The notes below the pieces were generated by a model, which was not told the DNA's origin, did not search any database, and saw only the letters and a program-made list of their open reading frames with translations. Position numbers and translations under genes: made by a program. DNA of 58,863 bases, filler included, from Streblomastix strix (taxonomy: Eukaryota), in assembly GCA_008636045.1 (NCBI GenBank). It is 3 parts of 3 records of this genome, joined end to end, with 100 filler letters (N's around TTAATTAATTAA, not from the genome) between each part and the next. Parts side by side here need not be neighbours in the genome. Positions count along the whole stretch, not along the records: positions 19,683 to 39,234 come from SNRW01000506.1; positions 39,335 to 58,863 come from SNRW01000507.1; 1 more part is not named here. One strand, written 5' to 3'. Of the stretch, positions 38,786 to 53,143 are shown in pieces. How positions within the stretch are numbered: position 1 is the first letter of the stretch; each line of letters begins with the position of its first letter.

Positions 38786-39234
38786 ATTATTTTTAAATAT
38801 AAAATATATAAAATCATTTCTGCATCAATGATTAAGATTTAACATGCAGTATTGTTTGGTAGAACCCAATTTAATTCATTTCGATTTTCTACCAAAAAGG
38901 ACAAAATTTTTGAATATTTTTTCATATTAAATATCGCTTGGAACAATTTTATTCATATTTTAAAATTAAACTTATTAATTTTTATTGAAATTTTAAAAAA
39001 ATATATATTAAAAGTTCTATAATAAACTGTTTCATTACTAATTCTTATTTCAATTTAATAAAAATCTTGATTATCAATAACCTAAAATAAAATTAAAGTA
39101 TTAGTAAAATAATAATAATAAATCTCATAATTATTAATATATTAAATATATAAACCTATATTCTTAGCAAGTTAAGTCAAAGTTTACAATAGTTTGATAT
39201 GAATTAGCGGATCATCTTTATATGGATTCTATTT

Positions 39235-39334
39235 NNNNNNNNNNNNNNNNNNNNNNNNNNNNNNNNNNNNNNNNNNNNTTAATTAATTAANNNNNNNNNN
39301 NNNNNNNNNNNNNNNNNNNNNNNNNNNNNNNNNN
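39235..39334. other. Artificial contig-join linker
   Basis: 44 N + TTAATTAATTAA + 44 N. Confidence 0.95.
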
Positions 39335-39466
39335 TGTTTTTTTTTAAAAAATAAACATTAGCCATTATGGGGCTTGTTCGGGAAAATTTTTTCATAAAAT
39401 GCAGAACATTTCAATTGATTGTATGACTATTTTATATAACTGAGTTGTAATTAATTTTTATTATGT

Positions 39467-40353
39467 ATGATTATTTCATTCCCGTACCCAGAAAAGAGCA
39501 AACACAGCGCACACGGGGTGGCCCTTATTATCCTAGCTGTTTTGGGCTGTATAATCGTCATTATATCCTTTTTTATATGGACCTTCCTTGGAGTGGTGGT
39601 ACGCACCATATTTCCTTTTTCAGCAATTTTTTGTTTTTTAATAATACTTATGCTTTTTTCTTCATGTTCTTTATTATATAGATGCTGCTGACAGAAATTA
39701 TAGTCATAATTATATTTTTCGTTATGTGGGTAAAAAGATCAATTGCCGTGCACATCGAGCTGCAAGCCACAAGAGGTATAATTACTTTTGTGTATAAATT
39801 TGAGCACTGTTGTGGTCTGGGGATGAATCCACCTTTGAGTAAGGTATTGAGACTAGGAGATATAGGAACAATTGAAAAGTATCTGTGGGATGGACGTCAT
39901 AGTCACAACGGGAATCTTGAGATATATGCAAATGATCCCCAGTCGCGATATGTTTTGACATTCAATTTGATAGAAGGCTCTCATTACACACCATCTGTAG
40001 GTATTGAACTCTAAAACGTATAATTGCTATCGCACTTTATGCAGGAGTATAATATATAGCAATTTGGCCCACCAAACAGATATTCATACCCTGGAACTTC
40101 TCCTCAAGCTTATAATTATGCTTCCATTTAGTCGCTGCCATATCCACCACCACCTGGGGATGTATAGAGAGTATAACTTCAACCATATGCATTTCCATAA
40201 TATCCATAACGTGCCCAATGGAATAACTACAATAATCATTCATATACGCAACCATAATCTAACCCCCCTCAAATGCCCTATTAATTACCTCCTGCAATTG
40301 TTATTGCAAATCCTTAGGTCTATACATTTGATGGGTAGATGCACAAAGAGTGA
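39467..40353 (+). CDS. Hypothetical membrane protein (2 TM helices, Pro/Gln/Tyr-rich tail), 1 intron
   Basis: Phase-0 intron 39599-39681 joins two hydrophobic segments; reads through TAR codons to TGA at 40351-40353. Confidence 0.7.
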
Positions 40354-41012
40354 TTGTAGGATATTTTTAAGTAGTTTGTAGAGGTCAAAATTTACGCATT
40401 GAAAACATTGCCGTTTATTTGCGGTTTTTGTGATAAATTCAATTTTTTCCAAATTTTTTTGTGATTTCTTTAGAGAGTAGTTTACAATCTAGTTATTTTT
40501 AAAATTCATTTCATAAATCCTTTGATTCATATAACTGATATTTACTTTTGTTGTTGTTATTACTATTATTATTTGTGAAACATGTTGAATAAACTTCTCT
40601 TTTCTTCAGAATTAACATTTTTTTAACCACTTTCATAATTCTTCATGTTTAAAACGCTTAAAGTGTATGTTTAAAATCCAATAACCAAAATAAATAAGTA
40701 AATATATAATTCAAATTATTCAAAAATACTATTAATGTGATTTGATTCTATTATTCAGTTTGGTTTAATGTATTTCATTACTAGTTTTTTCCAGTATGGA
40801 TTCCTCCTTTTATTTAAATTATATTCATTACTATTGTATAGCTCTAACAATGTTTATAAACATTTGGTTCCTTCTTATATGAGAAATTAAAATAAATTAA
40901 TAAAGTATAAAGTAGTAGAATCGACACAAAAGTGTGAGTTTTTATTTGCACTAACACATAATAGAAAAAATTTATAAATTAACATATATCACTCGTTTTT
41001 ATTATCTGTAAA

Positions 41013-43245
41013 TCAAAAGCGCACTTCATAATTACCTGAACGTGTGAATGCTCGCATTCCCTTGTACATTTTATATGCGTTCTCTATTAAAGAAATAATA
41101 TAGTGTATTTATGAATAAGACTCAAATAAAATAATTAATGTCAATACCTGATCCAAGGGTGAGTGAACGAAGACGAAGACCAGAAATGGCTAATTTTGCA
41201 ATTTGGAAGTGAATAAGAGCTATTGGTCGTTCCTGAATAAAAGAGCATATTGTATAATAGAATTTAATTGTTATATTATATTAATCTATTTTTATTTATT
41301 GATTAATTTATCATTTTATTTATCTAGTACCTCACATATAACTGTTCCTTTTCCAGCTGTACTTTCTGTTTTTGTATCATCGAAGTGGAATGTCCCTGTT
41401 ATTTGGACTTCCTGATTAGTTAAGTGAAAGAAATGGAATGAAAATGAAATGAAAATATGAATTTCATAAAAATTTAAATAATCTTTATAAAATAAATATA
41501 TGAAATAAAGTAATACTTATTAAGGGACAAGTCTATTCAATAGCCAGTGTCCAATCTTCTTTGTTGTATCATAACTGAATGATCCCTATAATTAAATGAA
41601 AAATATATAATAAAGAATAGGTTTATTTTAAATGAATTGTTTTCTTATTATCTATCATAAAAAAAGTACTTTATTATCAAACCTACGTGCATCTTGTATC
41701 AACTGTAGAAACGCAAGAAGGCATAACAAAGTCAATATATAATTATTCTATAAGGTTGTTCTGTGTATTGCGAGAAACTAACTGAAATTTTACAAAAGAT
41801 AAATAAAATAAATTGAAAAAATTAAAATACGATTATGAATTAAAATAAATATTATCAGCAGACCGTAAGAGCAAATTTTCCATTGTCTTTGAAGATGATA
41901 CACTCTGGTCGTACTGCAATCGGAGGAGGAATAGAAATTGTTGATGTTCTGATTTACAGAATTAAATAAACATGGATGATATGTTAGTATATGGTATGGT
42001 ATTATATAACAAACCCTGCTCTATATTTAAGTAGTGTAAAACTTCCATCGGGAGGAACGAATGAGACTATCTTTTATTACATCCAACGGAAATATCGCAC
42101 GCATGGATGCAAACTATGTATAAGTAAATGAAATAACAATATGAAAATGTTATCATTGATTAAATCATGTAGGGAAATAATGAGTGAAATTATTAATAAA
42201 TAATATTTTAATTATTAAATAATTTCCTTTACCTGACATCGTCCATTATGCTTGCGTCTTCAAAATGCAATGTAAGATCAGGAAGACCTAAAACACATTA
42301 TTCAATTTAAATTCATTTTATTTACTCTAATTTAAATATGTTAAACCTGATAGTTTAGCACAAGCAGCAACTTCCCCACTGATATTTGATGTAATCGCTA
42401 CTCCATCACTGAATAGCAATAAAATAAATGATATTAATCAATTAGAACATATAATTAATAACAGTAAACCTTCCGAATATTGCATTATAGACCTCGTTTA
42501 TATCAATGAACATCTCATTCTGCATATATGACACATGTGATTTACGCCAGAAGATAGCTGATGTGATTGAATCTGGAAGTACAGTACTAGACTGTGTGAT
42601 TGGATAGATATATGTATAAATGGGAGTTAAAGCATAATATATATATTGAGTGAAATGAATTTACTTATAATAATATATTTACAACATACAGCCACAGTGC
42701 CTGAGCCAATTCCTGTGAAAGTTTGTGGTTCAAGAAGCTCCTTCAGAAGATTTGGTTCTGTGATGTTAGGGAATCCACCATCAACAAGTTCATCAACAAC
42801 CTGATATAATATAAAATACAAATTAAGAATATAAGATCAGAGTAATAAACATACCATATACAATGCAACAAATTGATGCTTGATTTTTTCATCCAATTTT
42901 TCTTCGCCAAAGAAATCGCACAGAACTAAATCTATGTGCTCAAGGAATTTTGAGATGAGCAATGCAGGACATTCTTATTTTGTAGCAGCTAGATAGACTA
43001 TATTGTGCCGTTTAAAGTAGAACAAAAATGTGTCTCGATTCTCTGACACAATAATCGGCTTTAGGACTGACATATCATCAGTCTTGTTTGCAGCGTTGAA
43101 ATATTCCTCTGAAACAGATCGTGGAACTAACGCTCCGAAGTTCTTTTCCAAAATGATATCTCTAAATACAAAGGTTTAGCAAAAAAATCACAAAAGAAAA
43201 ATTATCATACCCTTGCCCAGAGCAGATGATTAGAGTATCTATCAT
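41013..43245 (-). CDS. AP3M: AP-3 complex subunit mu, about a dozen introns
   Basis: MIDTLIICSGQG/DIILEK, VVDELVDGGFPNITEPNLLKELL, IFWRK, NEMFIDINE, GLPDLTL, LHPCVRY, SFVPPDG, YKGMRAFTRSGNYEVRF-TGA. Confidence 0.9.
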
Positions 43246-43687
43246 TACTTTGACTATATTCATAATAAAAATAAAAAAGAAATATAATTATTATTAAAAA
43301 GAAAAATGATGTTAAAGTAATGATTCATAAGAAAAAATGCTAAATGCGTATTAATATTTTATTTGAAGAGTCACAGCATTGATTCGTAATATTCTTAGCA
43401 TAATTTTATATTTTTAAATAATATTATATAATATAATTATAAATCAATAAAAAATGCAATAAATAATATTGAACTCGAGCAATAATTTGACTTTTAATTC
43501 CATAATCTTGTACAGATTTAAGAAGGAATTAATTGCATAATATAAACACAATCTAAATTAGACAAGAAAAATTATATTTATTTTATGAATATATATACAA
43601 AATCAGAGAAGGTAATCACAAAATGCAGAATGAAATTTACAGTTTACATAGGTGAAGTGAGGGAAGTGATATAAGGCGATTCTATTA

Positions 43688-45432
43688 TCAGCTAGGTGCC
43701 TTTGTCCCAGATGCAACAGATGTTAATTGCAATCTACAGTTGGGACATTTGAGTTGGTTGTTAGCAGATAGTTCAAACCACGGAAGCAGGCACGCTTAAT
43801 GAAAATTGTGATTACAGTTAGAAATAATTGTGATGTCATCGTTTACAGCTATAAGTTCTCTACAGATTGAACAAGTCCCATAGACTGTTTCTATTGTTCC
43901 ATCCTCTCCAATTAATCTGTGTTTAGTTTATACCTGAAGATATTTCAGAGGATTAGTAAATAATTATAATAACTATCAATATTAATATTGATTATATACC
44001 TTTCCATGTTTCAAGTCTTTTCTGATTTATTATCTTAAAGTATCAGCAGAGGATGAAGGTTAGGAAACTACTTATTGAGGTCTATTTGCAATATTATTTC
44101 TATTTGCATTATTATTTCTATTAACAATATTATTCCTATTTTATCCAGTATTCACTTAATATACAGTTGGAGCTTGATTTACTCTTACATTATCTCTCAC
44201 ACAATTACACATACAATGAAAAGGTCTGCATCCACATTGAATGCATGTACCACATCTTGGAAGAGTAATATCCCCACAACAACAGTTTATTATACACGAT
44301 GCATCTTCTCTAGTATTTAATTGAGTATTCTTACATGGACCTGTACAGCAACAGGATCTATCCCATAATAAGATTGGAATCCAAACAGCTAATGTTGCAA
44401 TCATTAAGATAATTCCAAGACCTTCAGACAAAGAGCATGTGTCTTAACTCACATCATGGTCAGCATTACAATCAGATCGATCAATAATTGTAAGAATTAT
44501 TCCAACAATAGAAAGTATTGCACCAGTAGACATAAAAAGTCTTACTCGTTTATATGCTGTTGATTGAATAGTCTTGAAAATTGTAAAATGTGTTGGTATC
44601 TGGCAAAAACAAAAATTTATAGCTCCAAATAAGAATGAATGGAACAGATAATTTCCATCACAGCAACGCAATACAATAAATAAGGTGAAGACTCCAAATC
44701 CAGAAAATACAGATGATGTAAGTAACCATGTCTAATATATTAATATAAAATAATAATAATGATATATTTATAACAAAAAAAAATAATTAAATAAACCCCT
44801 TTAATCTCATCCAAATCCCACTACATTAATAAATGCGTTGCAATCTTAGATCCAGAAACAAGCGATTAAATAAAAATGTCGATTCCGCTGAATTATAGGT
44901 CGCTATATGATACTTGACTATCATAGTTAGATTATTTTGTATTCTTTTCAATTTATTAGATATTTTATAATTTCAAATCATTATCAACGTTTGATTTGGT
45001 TTCATCCTTTTCAATTTATTAGATATTTTATGATTTCAAATCACTATCAATATTAAATTGTGTTACATTATATTCAAATTATTAGATATTATATGATTGC
45101 AAGTTACATATGTTATTAGAATTCATTTTATATATTCCACAAGGTTTCATCATTGTTATTGATCCAAAGAAAAAGATTCCAGTAAATGCAGCACTTACAG
45201 TAAAAAACTTTTTGTATCTTTCTTACCCATCGCGCAATGCAAAAACTACTCCTTCGATTCCAATAATTAAAAGACAAATACCACAGAATATCCAGAATAA
45301 TGCGAATTAATTGAAAGAATAGCGAATTATGAAAATGATGCTAAACACAAAGGAATGAACACAAATGAGAATTTGTATAATACTAAACACAAGATAAATG
45401 AAATGAAAGTTGTTCATTGAGTTAACTGTCAT
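43688..45432 (-). CDS. Multipass membrane RING-H2 E3 ubiquitin ligase
   Basis: Several hydrophobic helices; C-terminal CSIC...CNHNFHQAC..PW...CPNC (43737-43873); TGA at 43688; short GT-AG introns. Confidence 0.82.
44945..45110 (-). repeat. Coding 63-bp tandem repeat, about 3 copies
   Basis: Encodes DLKSQNIQQIEKDETKSNVDN-like 21-aa units. Confidence 0.75.
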
Positions 45433-45687
45433 AGAATAATATAAAATTCAGATATCAAAAAATAATTATCAATTAAAAAATTAATTATCATAAAATAAAA
45501 AATTATATAATCAAATAAGAGCACGGGTGAGGCACAACATGCAATTTTTAAAATTTGTTTTTAATCTTTCATAAGTTAAACAAAATGTTTATTTGACAGT
45601 AGAATTGATTGACAGGTTATTTGAATAAGCAATTTAATTATAGCATAAGCACAAATACCTAGTGGGAGAGTATTAAAGAATTCTGCA

Positions 45688-48600
45688 ATGACAGTATAAT
45701 CGTGCTTTTATTGTTTTAAACTTTGATGTGCAGTTATCTACATTTATTTCAGACCTAAGGGTGGGTGCCAGATTTGAATACCCTCGCGCAAATTCAGCAA
45801 AACTTCCAAGCGTCACTACAGCCCGATCAGGCAGTGCAAATGCGTGTAATGGATGTTAATAATTTTGATTATTTATTTATATTCAAAATAAATATATTAA
45901 ATATTATTTGTTTCACATGTACTGCGGGAATTGCTGTATTAGTTTTTCAATCTTTGCCGCAAGGAAGCTCAATATCCAATTTATCTGTGTTGGATTCTTT
46001 TTGATATTCGGTACGAAAAGACATTTCGTGTTTTCGCTCAAACATAAATTAAGCAGATGATTGCGGGTATCGGGTGGGAAGTGAACTAAGAAGTTAGATC
46101 TGTTTGTGTCGGACAGCTTGTAGAAGGATTATCGAACGAGAACGGAGAAGTACGTGTGATGGCAGGCAATCTTATTGGTGATATTATTGATCATGATGGT
46201 TTGAAATAGAATCATTATTTGTTGATGAGAAGATCATATTATTATTCCTTAATCGTTTTTTTCTCTCTCAGGTTTTGCATAATCATAAGAAACTCTTCAA
46301 AAAATATTCACGAAATTGTAAAGTGGAAATGTTGATATAATTGAAAGCAGTCTTAGAGCTCTTTATCATGCACTTGAACTTGGTTTTATAAAGAAATAAA
46401 AAGAAGAACGTGAAGCTATTGCATCTATTCTAGTTCCTGTAGTAATTTAAATAATTACAGGAATTGGATCACAGAATAGTTCATGTATAGTTATTGGATT
46501 GAAATTTCTTAATTTATTCACTCGTGGAATAACAGCTACACTTGAAAGTAGACTTGATGAATATGTTCAGGTTTATTCAATTCCTTTTACTCATTAACAA
46601 TAAGAATCATTTTTACTTTATATATTTTAAAATAAATAGATGTTGATTCTTCTTACATCAACAACAGGAATTAGTTAAGATATAAAAAGAGAAGCAACTG
46701 ATTCATTGGGAACAGTTGTTGGTAGAAGTTCAAAAGATTCAGTAAAATAAATAATCAAGAAATATGGAAGAAATTTAGTTATATTAATGATTGGACTATT
46801 AGAAGATAGAAGATTAAGTTAATAATCAGATGAAGATGATTAAGAAATAGTTAAAGCAGCATGTTCATTCTTTTCAGAGATTGGAGAAGAAGAAGATAAA
46901 GAAGTTGTTTAACTTATTGAATTGAATCTTAATCGTATTATTCCATTACTTGTTTGGAGATTGAGATTAGAGGTTGATGATTTATGTGAATATACAGATG
47001 CAATAATGTAAGATGATGAAGGTATTCAAGATACAGAAAATTAAGTTATTGGATTAGGAAATGGATCAAATAATATTGGACATTAGATTATTGGAATGAA
47101 TTAAAATAAATAATAATAACATTAATAATAACAATAATAAGATGAAGATGATGATGATGAAGATTTTGAAGTTGAAGATATTGAAGATGGAGGAGTTGAA
47201 AATGGTTAAGATGAATTTGAAAGAATGTAAGAATCTGGATCATGGACATCTCGTAAGAATTCAGGAACTGCATTGGGAATATTACTTGAAGTGCATAAAT
47301 AAAAAGCACTTCAACCTTTAATGGAATCTATGGATTAAATTATCGTATGCAAATATATTATTCATTTAACTTTAACTATAATTAAATAATAATAATATTA
47401 TAATTATATTATTAAATAGAAAATGTCAGTAAGTGAAGATTAATAAGGAGTAAGTGAAGATGAAAGATGGATTCGTAGAGAAAGTGGAATTGTAGCATTG
47501 GGACTTGCTGCATAATATTGTCCTTATGAACTTGGATAAATGAATATTGAACCAATTGTATTATGGCTTATAAAAGAATCATAAGATAATTAGCATACTT
47601 TAGTTAGATTAAGATCTATTTGGGCATTAGGAAGATTATCGAAATGGATTAGTATTGANNNNNNNNNNNNNNNNNNNNNNNNNNNNNNNNNNNNNNNNNN
47701 NNNNNNNNNNNNNNNNNNNNNNNNNNNNNNNNNNNNNNNNNNNNNNNNNNNNNNNNNNTTGGATAAATGAATATTGAACCAATTGTATTATGGCTTATAA
47801 AAGAATCATAAGATAATTAGCATACTTTAGTTAGATTAAGATCTATTTGGGCATTAGGAAGATTATCGAAATGGATTAGTATTGAAGAAGATTTAGGATA
47901 TGGATATGAAAATGGAGAAGAAGAATAAGAATAAGAAGAAGATGATGAAGATGAAGAAGATGAAATGAAGAAACCATTTATTCATAATCATAATAGAGAT
48001 TTGTTTTTAGCTGTTCTATCTGCACTTGTAGATCGAATGCTTGATCGAAATAAAAAAGTTAATAAATATATTTATTATTAAATATAATTAATAATCATTT
48101 ATTCATTATATTTATTTATTATTTTGTTTATTTATTATTTAGATCTAAAGAACAGCTTGTTTCTCACTTCGTTAAGTTGTAGAAGTTAATGGTAGAGTTG
48201 GTATTTGGTTTATTGGAGATCTATCAAAGAAGATTCTTGAAGTTGGATATAAATGTTAGAGAAGAACACTTGTTGAATTATGTGGACTTATTAAATCAAT
48301 GATTGAAAGAGTTGGATGGTGGTCAATAAGTGCAGAATAGAAAATGAAATGTCTGGAAGTTGCTGTATAACATGCAGGAAATAAAGGAAGGAATGGTTCA
48401 AGTGAAGGAGCATAAGAATAAGAAAGAGTTCGTGATTTCTTTAATCGTCTTGTTCAAATTGGATAAAGTGTTGATATTTAAGTTCAACTTCAATAGATTG
48501 GAAATTTAATTCCAATGCTAATTTATAGATTGGAAAATGAATGTATTCTTTCAGAATTAGGTTAAATTGGAACCAGAACAAGTGGAATGAAGACAGGATC

Positions 48601-50200
48601 ATATATTGCAAATAGTCTTTAAACTATTGTTAATGAAATTAATCGCGAAGGATGGATTTAACATGTTGAAGTAATGGTTCGTGTTGCAACATTATTTATT
48701 CTTACTGGACTTTCATAACAAGAAATAATACAACATGTTTAAGTTCCTGATGCTACTCCAATTACAGGAATTAATTAATAATCAATTGGAGGTGGAATTT
48801 AATAAGATTAAAGAGCGATATTATTTTGGCAAAGACTTATAGAATCCGCAGCACTTTCAACAAAATAATAATTAGAAATTGGGTTATAAAGTGATGAATA
48901 TATTTAATATGATAATGAAAGTACTTAATATGTTTAATAATCATAGTAAATATAATAAAATGAAAGAATATATTTTGAAGATGGAATTTGTAGAGGAGAT
49001 GATAATGAATTAATGGGAGATTCAATCTCATAAGGACTTTTATTAATTGAAGGAATAATAACAAAACTATAAAATGATTCAATATAATCAATTTAGAATG
49101 GAGGAGTTGGATATATTTTAGTTCCTTGTATGTAACATATGAATGGATCTGTATTATAACGAGTATTTATGATTATTGGAGAAATGTGTGGATGCAATGG
49201 AGGATTATTCATTAAATTAATTGATGAATTTGGGAATAAATTATTTGGAGGATAAGAAGGATTAGGAACAAATGATCCAAATAGTTAAAAGAGAATTTCT
49301 CTTTCAAATTTAATTCTATTTAAGATTGGTAAATATATTGAACCATTTTGTAATAGAAAAGTTGGATCTAATGGAATTTGGGGAATGGGTGAAATTATTC
49401 TTGGATCTATTTAATAAGGAAGTTAAATTGACATTAGATTATTATCTATTGTTGTAGAACGAGCAGTTAAGATGTTTAATATTGATGGTATTACAACCGC
49501 TGATTATTCAGAAGCACTTATTGATATTGGAGATTCGAATAAGAAGAATAAAAAGAAGAATAAAGGAATTCCGAATGTTGGAATTTAGAAGAAGAAATTA
49601 AGTGATAAAGCTTTTGTAATGAAATATCTTTCAGATGATACTATTAATCTTCTTGTTAATTTAGTAGAACTTTTGAGTGATTTAGCTGTGTATTATCCAG
49701 CTGAAGTTGTGAATGCAGTTGTTGGATATCAACTTCCTGATTTACCTGCATCTAAACGTAATGAGATTATGGAACGTGAATTAAAACAAAATAAGAATAT
49801 TAAGAAGAAGAAGAAAAATGAATAATTATAATAAGGATTAGAAGATGCTTTAGTGAAACGTGCTCCTTGTGCGAAGTTATGGTTGGAATATATGTCACTA
49901 TTTGTAGATGATAATGATCTTGCAGTTGGGCGTCTTGGGAAAGACTTTGCATTTATGGGACTATGCAAAGCTATTCAAACATCTCCAGATGCATTTGCAG
50001 GATTTGTTGCATCTCTTCTGAATGCATTTGGATCATTCAAACATCAACCAAAAGATGTTGTTTAATTGATTAAAACTGGATGGGAGACATTGGAAGGCAT
50101 GCGTACTAAGATTGGTTAAGAATAATGGGTTTAGATTGCAAATGTACTTGATGATGGTGTTCGCAAACGTCTTCATGAATTCTTTGGGTTTATTGTTTGA
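45688..50200 (+). CDS. TNPO1: Transportin-1 / karyopherin beta-2
   Basis: GWVPD..LAQIQQ..SLQPDQ, acidic loop then WTSRKNSGTALGIL, WIRRESGIVALG, LVRLRSIWALGR, RMLDRNKK/IQRTAC; multiple introns; TGA at 50198-50200; spans the scaffold gap. Confidence 0.85.
47659..47758. other. Scaffold gap with duplicated 127-bp flanks
   Basis: 47532-47658 is identical to 47759-47885. Confidence 0.92.
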
Positions 50201-50573
50201 AATGACAAAGACAAAAGCATAATAAACAAAATTATATTTCAAAATTAGTGGAAAAGGATAAGTTTGGTGAATTTATTTACTTAATTTAAATAATAAAGAG
50301 GTTTAATTATAACATATATTACATATTTTGTTATAAATATGACTTCAAAAATAATAGGAATCCTCTGAATTTGATTGTTTTTTATTCTTTGTTTTAATTT
50401 TCCTTTCATTTTTCAATCTTTATTATTCCTGGTAGCCTATACTTATTTAGAATAATCATTTTATTATTAAATATCTATATTTATAAGCACAAGGATTAAG
50501 CTCAAATCAGCAATTGTGCAATTCTGCTCTGGTTACTGTTTTGGACAAATAATTTATTATTCAGTTACATCAA

Positions 50574-52730
50574 ATGCAATTCAATCATAATTTTCATACT
50601 TCAAGCCCAAACTTATTTGGGACATCTCAAATTATTGGCAACTAGGAATAAAATTCTTCGCCACCTCTACGGTTTTTTAAAAATGATATATTTTAAAACA
50701 AATATCCTAGACTGTCATCATCACAATCATTTGTATAATCAACATCATTATCTGGTCTGAGGCCGGGGCTGCAACTTAATTCTACTGCATCAATTGTTGC
50801 CTCAACTTTCTCCCGCCAACCAATATAATCAACTTATTTTTCCAAAGCGCGTTCTAATACAAGCAATGCATTGGATATAAATGAAATGATTAAACATAAA
50901 AGGAAACGAGACGAGGAAGCTAACACAGAACAATAAGATTTAAAAAGTTCTCATATTGAAAATTAATCTATTTCAGAAGCACAATAAGATGACGACTTTT
51001 TTGATGTTTTCAGCAAACTCGATCCACTTTAATGTGCTGATGATGATGGTATCCTAGTAGATAACACCAGCCCGAACATTTCACCAATCCCCACACCAAG
51101 TTTGGCACTTTCACCAGTACAAAGCCCAGCTGCTATTTTTGATTCTAATTTTAATATTCAATAGAATACTGAATAAAATCTTGGATTATTATCTTCTTAG
51201 TTGTAAAATCGATAATTCTCTCCTATTCAAGCAACATCACCGCACAATTCATAAACATTAGAACAAAATGAAGAATAACAAACATCAATTGCTGACTCTT
51301 AATAATTTGATAGTGGAGAAGATACCTTCTTTACTACAATGTCTGCTTCTTAGTCTCATTCAGCGCTTGGCTCAACTTCCCCATCAATTCCTTCTTCATC
51401 TTCATTCATTGCAAAGCAAACTATTCTCTCATTACAACAACATCAGACAATAAATTCAATATAAAGCTCCCATAAACATCACAGACACAAGAAAGGGAAA
51501 GAATAAGTATAGAAAATGAAGAGATAAACAAATGTTGAATGGGCTGACGGATTGACTGGACTGGACCCAAAATGTGAAAAATTTGACTTTGATGGATTCA
51601 CAAATAATTGCAAAAAATCACTTTAAAGACATTTAATAGAATTAAATGATCCGACTTCAAATCAAATTTCATTAAATATTAATAATAACTTTCCCACAAC
51701 AGATATGATCATGGATAAATAACCATAAAATATAGAGTAATCCGATACAAAGATATTTAATGATCAAATTGGAGAATTGATTCAGAAAAGAATGTTATTA
51801 GTTCATGGAACGGAACCTGGCCCTCATTTTCCTAATTTAAATTAACCTATCATTCATGGTAGAGGGTAAATCATTGATAATAAAAAAGAGATTAATTCAG
51901 AAAAGGATAAAATAGGATTGATAGATAATATGGCATTCTTTGATGGCGAATATGATTATATAAATAGTTCTATTTAATAAAGAAGAATTAATAATACAAG
52001 AAAAATAAATGCCTAACTTCATCAGATGCCTTCTGCACTCATTTAATAATAAGATATAGAAGATGAGATTGACAATGAACATATTAATTAATAAGCATAA
52101 CTACCAAGTAATAATTAATCCTCTTACATGAAACCAACTCAAGTAACTAATGTTATTTAACCAACAAACTATATTACTATTTTATCATAATCTTAATCTT
52201 TTTCATATCCTAATGGAGAAAGAACTGTTAGTCCTACATTAAGAACATATTCATTAAATACTCATTTGTCATAACCTAAATAACAATAGTAATAACTGTC
52301 TTAGTAGAATTAATTACGAATTCAATCCCCTCTCAACGAAGATAATAAATTCATTTCACAAACACATAGAAATTTATCTCCAACATCAATATCTTCATTT
52401 ATTTCATCTCAACACCCTACTTTCTTTCACATACCATAATATTCTTCTTCTTCTTTTCTTTCTCCTTAACCATCATCGTATTAATCAACATCTTCATCTT
52501 ATCCATAGTTTCAATAAAGGTAAAGCACTTCATTCATTTAACCTAACCCTCTATTATCCAATAATTCACTTCATACCAATATATAATCACGAAATGATGA
52601 AAATAGTACTCAATTTAGAAGTGAATTGAAAAATAGAGGAAGATTAATTGGGAGAACACCAGAAATAATTGCAAGACTCACTCAACTCAAGGCTGAATTT
52701 GGAAGCAGGGCAAATAGTGGTAATGTTTGA
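50574..52730 (+). CDS. Hypothetical Ser/Gln/Pro-rich protein (~718 aa)
   Basis: One frame with TAR=Gln from ATG 50574 (start uncertain) to TGA 52728-52730; contains KHKRKR and many SP motifs. Confidence 0.7.
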
Positions 52731-53143
52731 TAGTTATAAATTTTTAGTATAAAATGTGTAATATTCATAAATTGTAATATTTTTAAATTTATATTGTTTT
52801 TATTAATGCTATAAATAAAAAATAGTTTCGCTAAAATATTATGGTTGATTGAAAAATATATAACCGTTATTAAATAATAAATATGTTTTGAATTTTGTTA
52901 TAGATAACTTAATTAAAAAAAATATGTTGAAAAAAATTATTAAGAATGAAAAATATTAATATATGATCAATTAATAAATAGAGAAAAATTAATATAGAAA
53001 AAAGTAAAGATGTTTTCATACAAATCATAACCCTTAAAATGCATTTAAGTTGAAGAAATTAACTTAGAATCTCTATTTAACTCTCTTTATTCACATTAAT
53101 ATATTATTTCTTCTATTATTGCATTATTATAGACTATTTAAAT

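Noticed and set aside
47532..47885. Perfect 127-bp direct repeat in transportin
   Set aside because: It flanks a 100-N gap exactly, consistent with an unmerged assembly overlap rather than an exon duplication.
51516..51551. KRQTNVEWADG as a PP1-docking RVxF/W motif
   Set aside because: Spacing of the basic residues does not fit the consensus.
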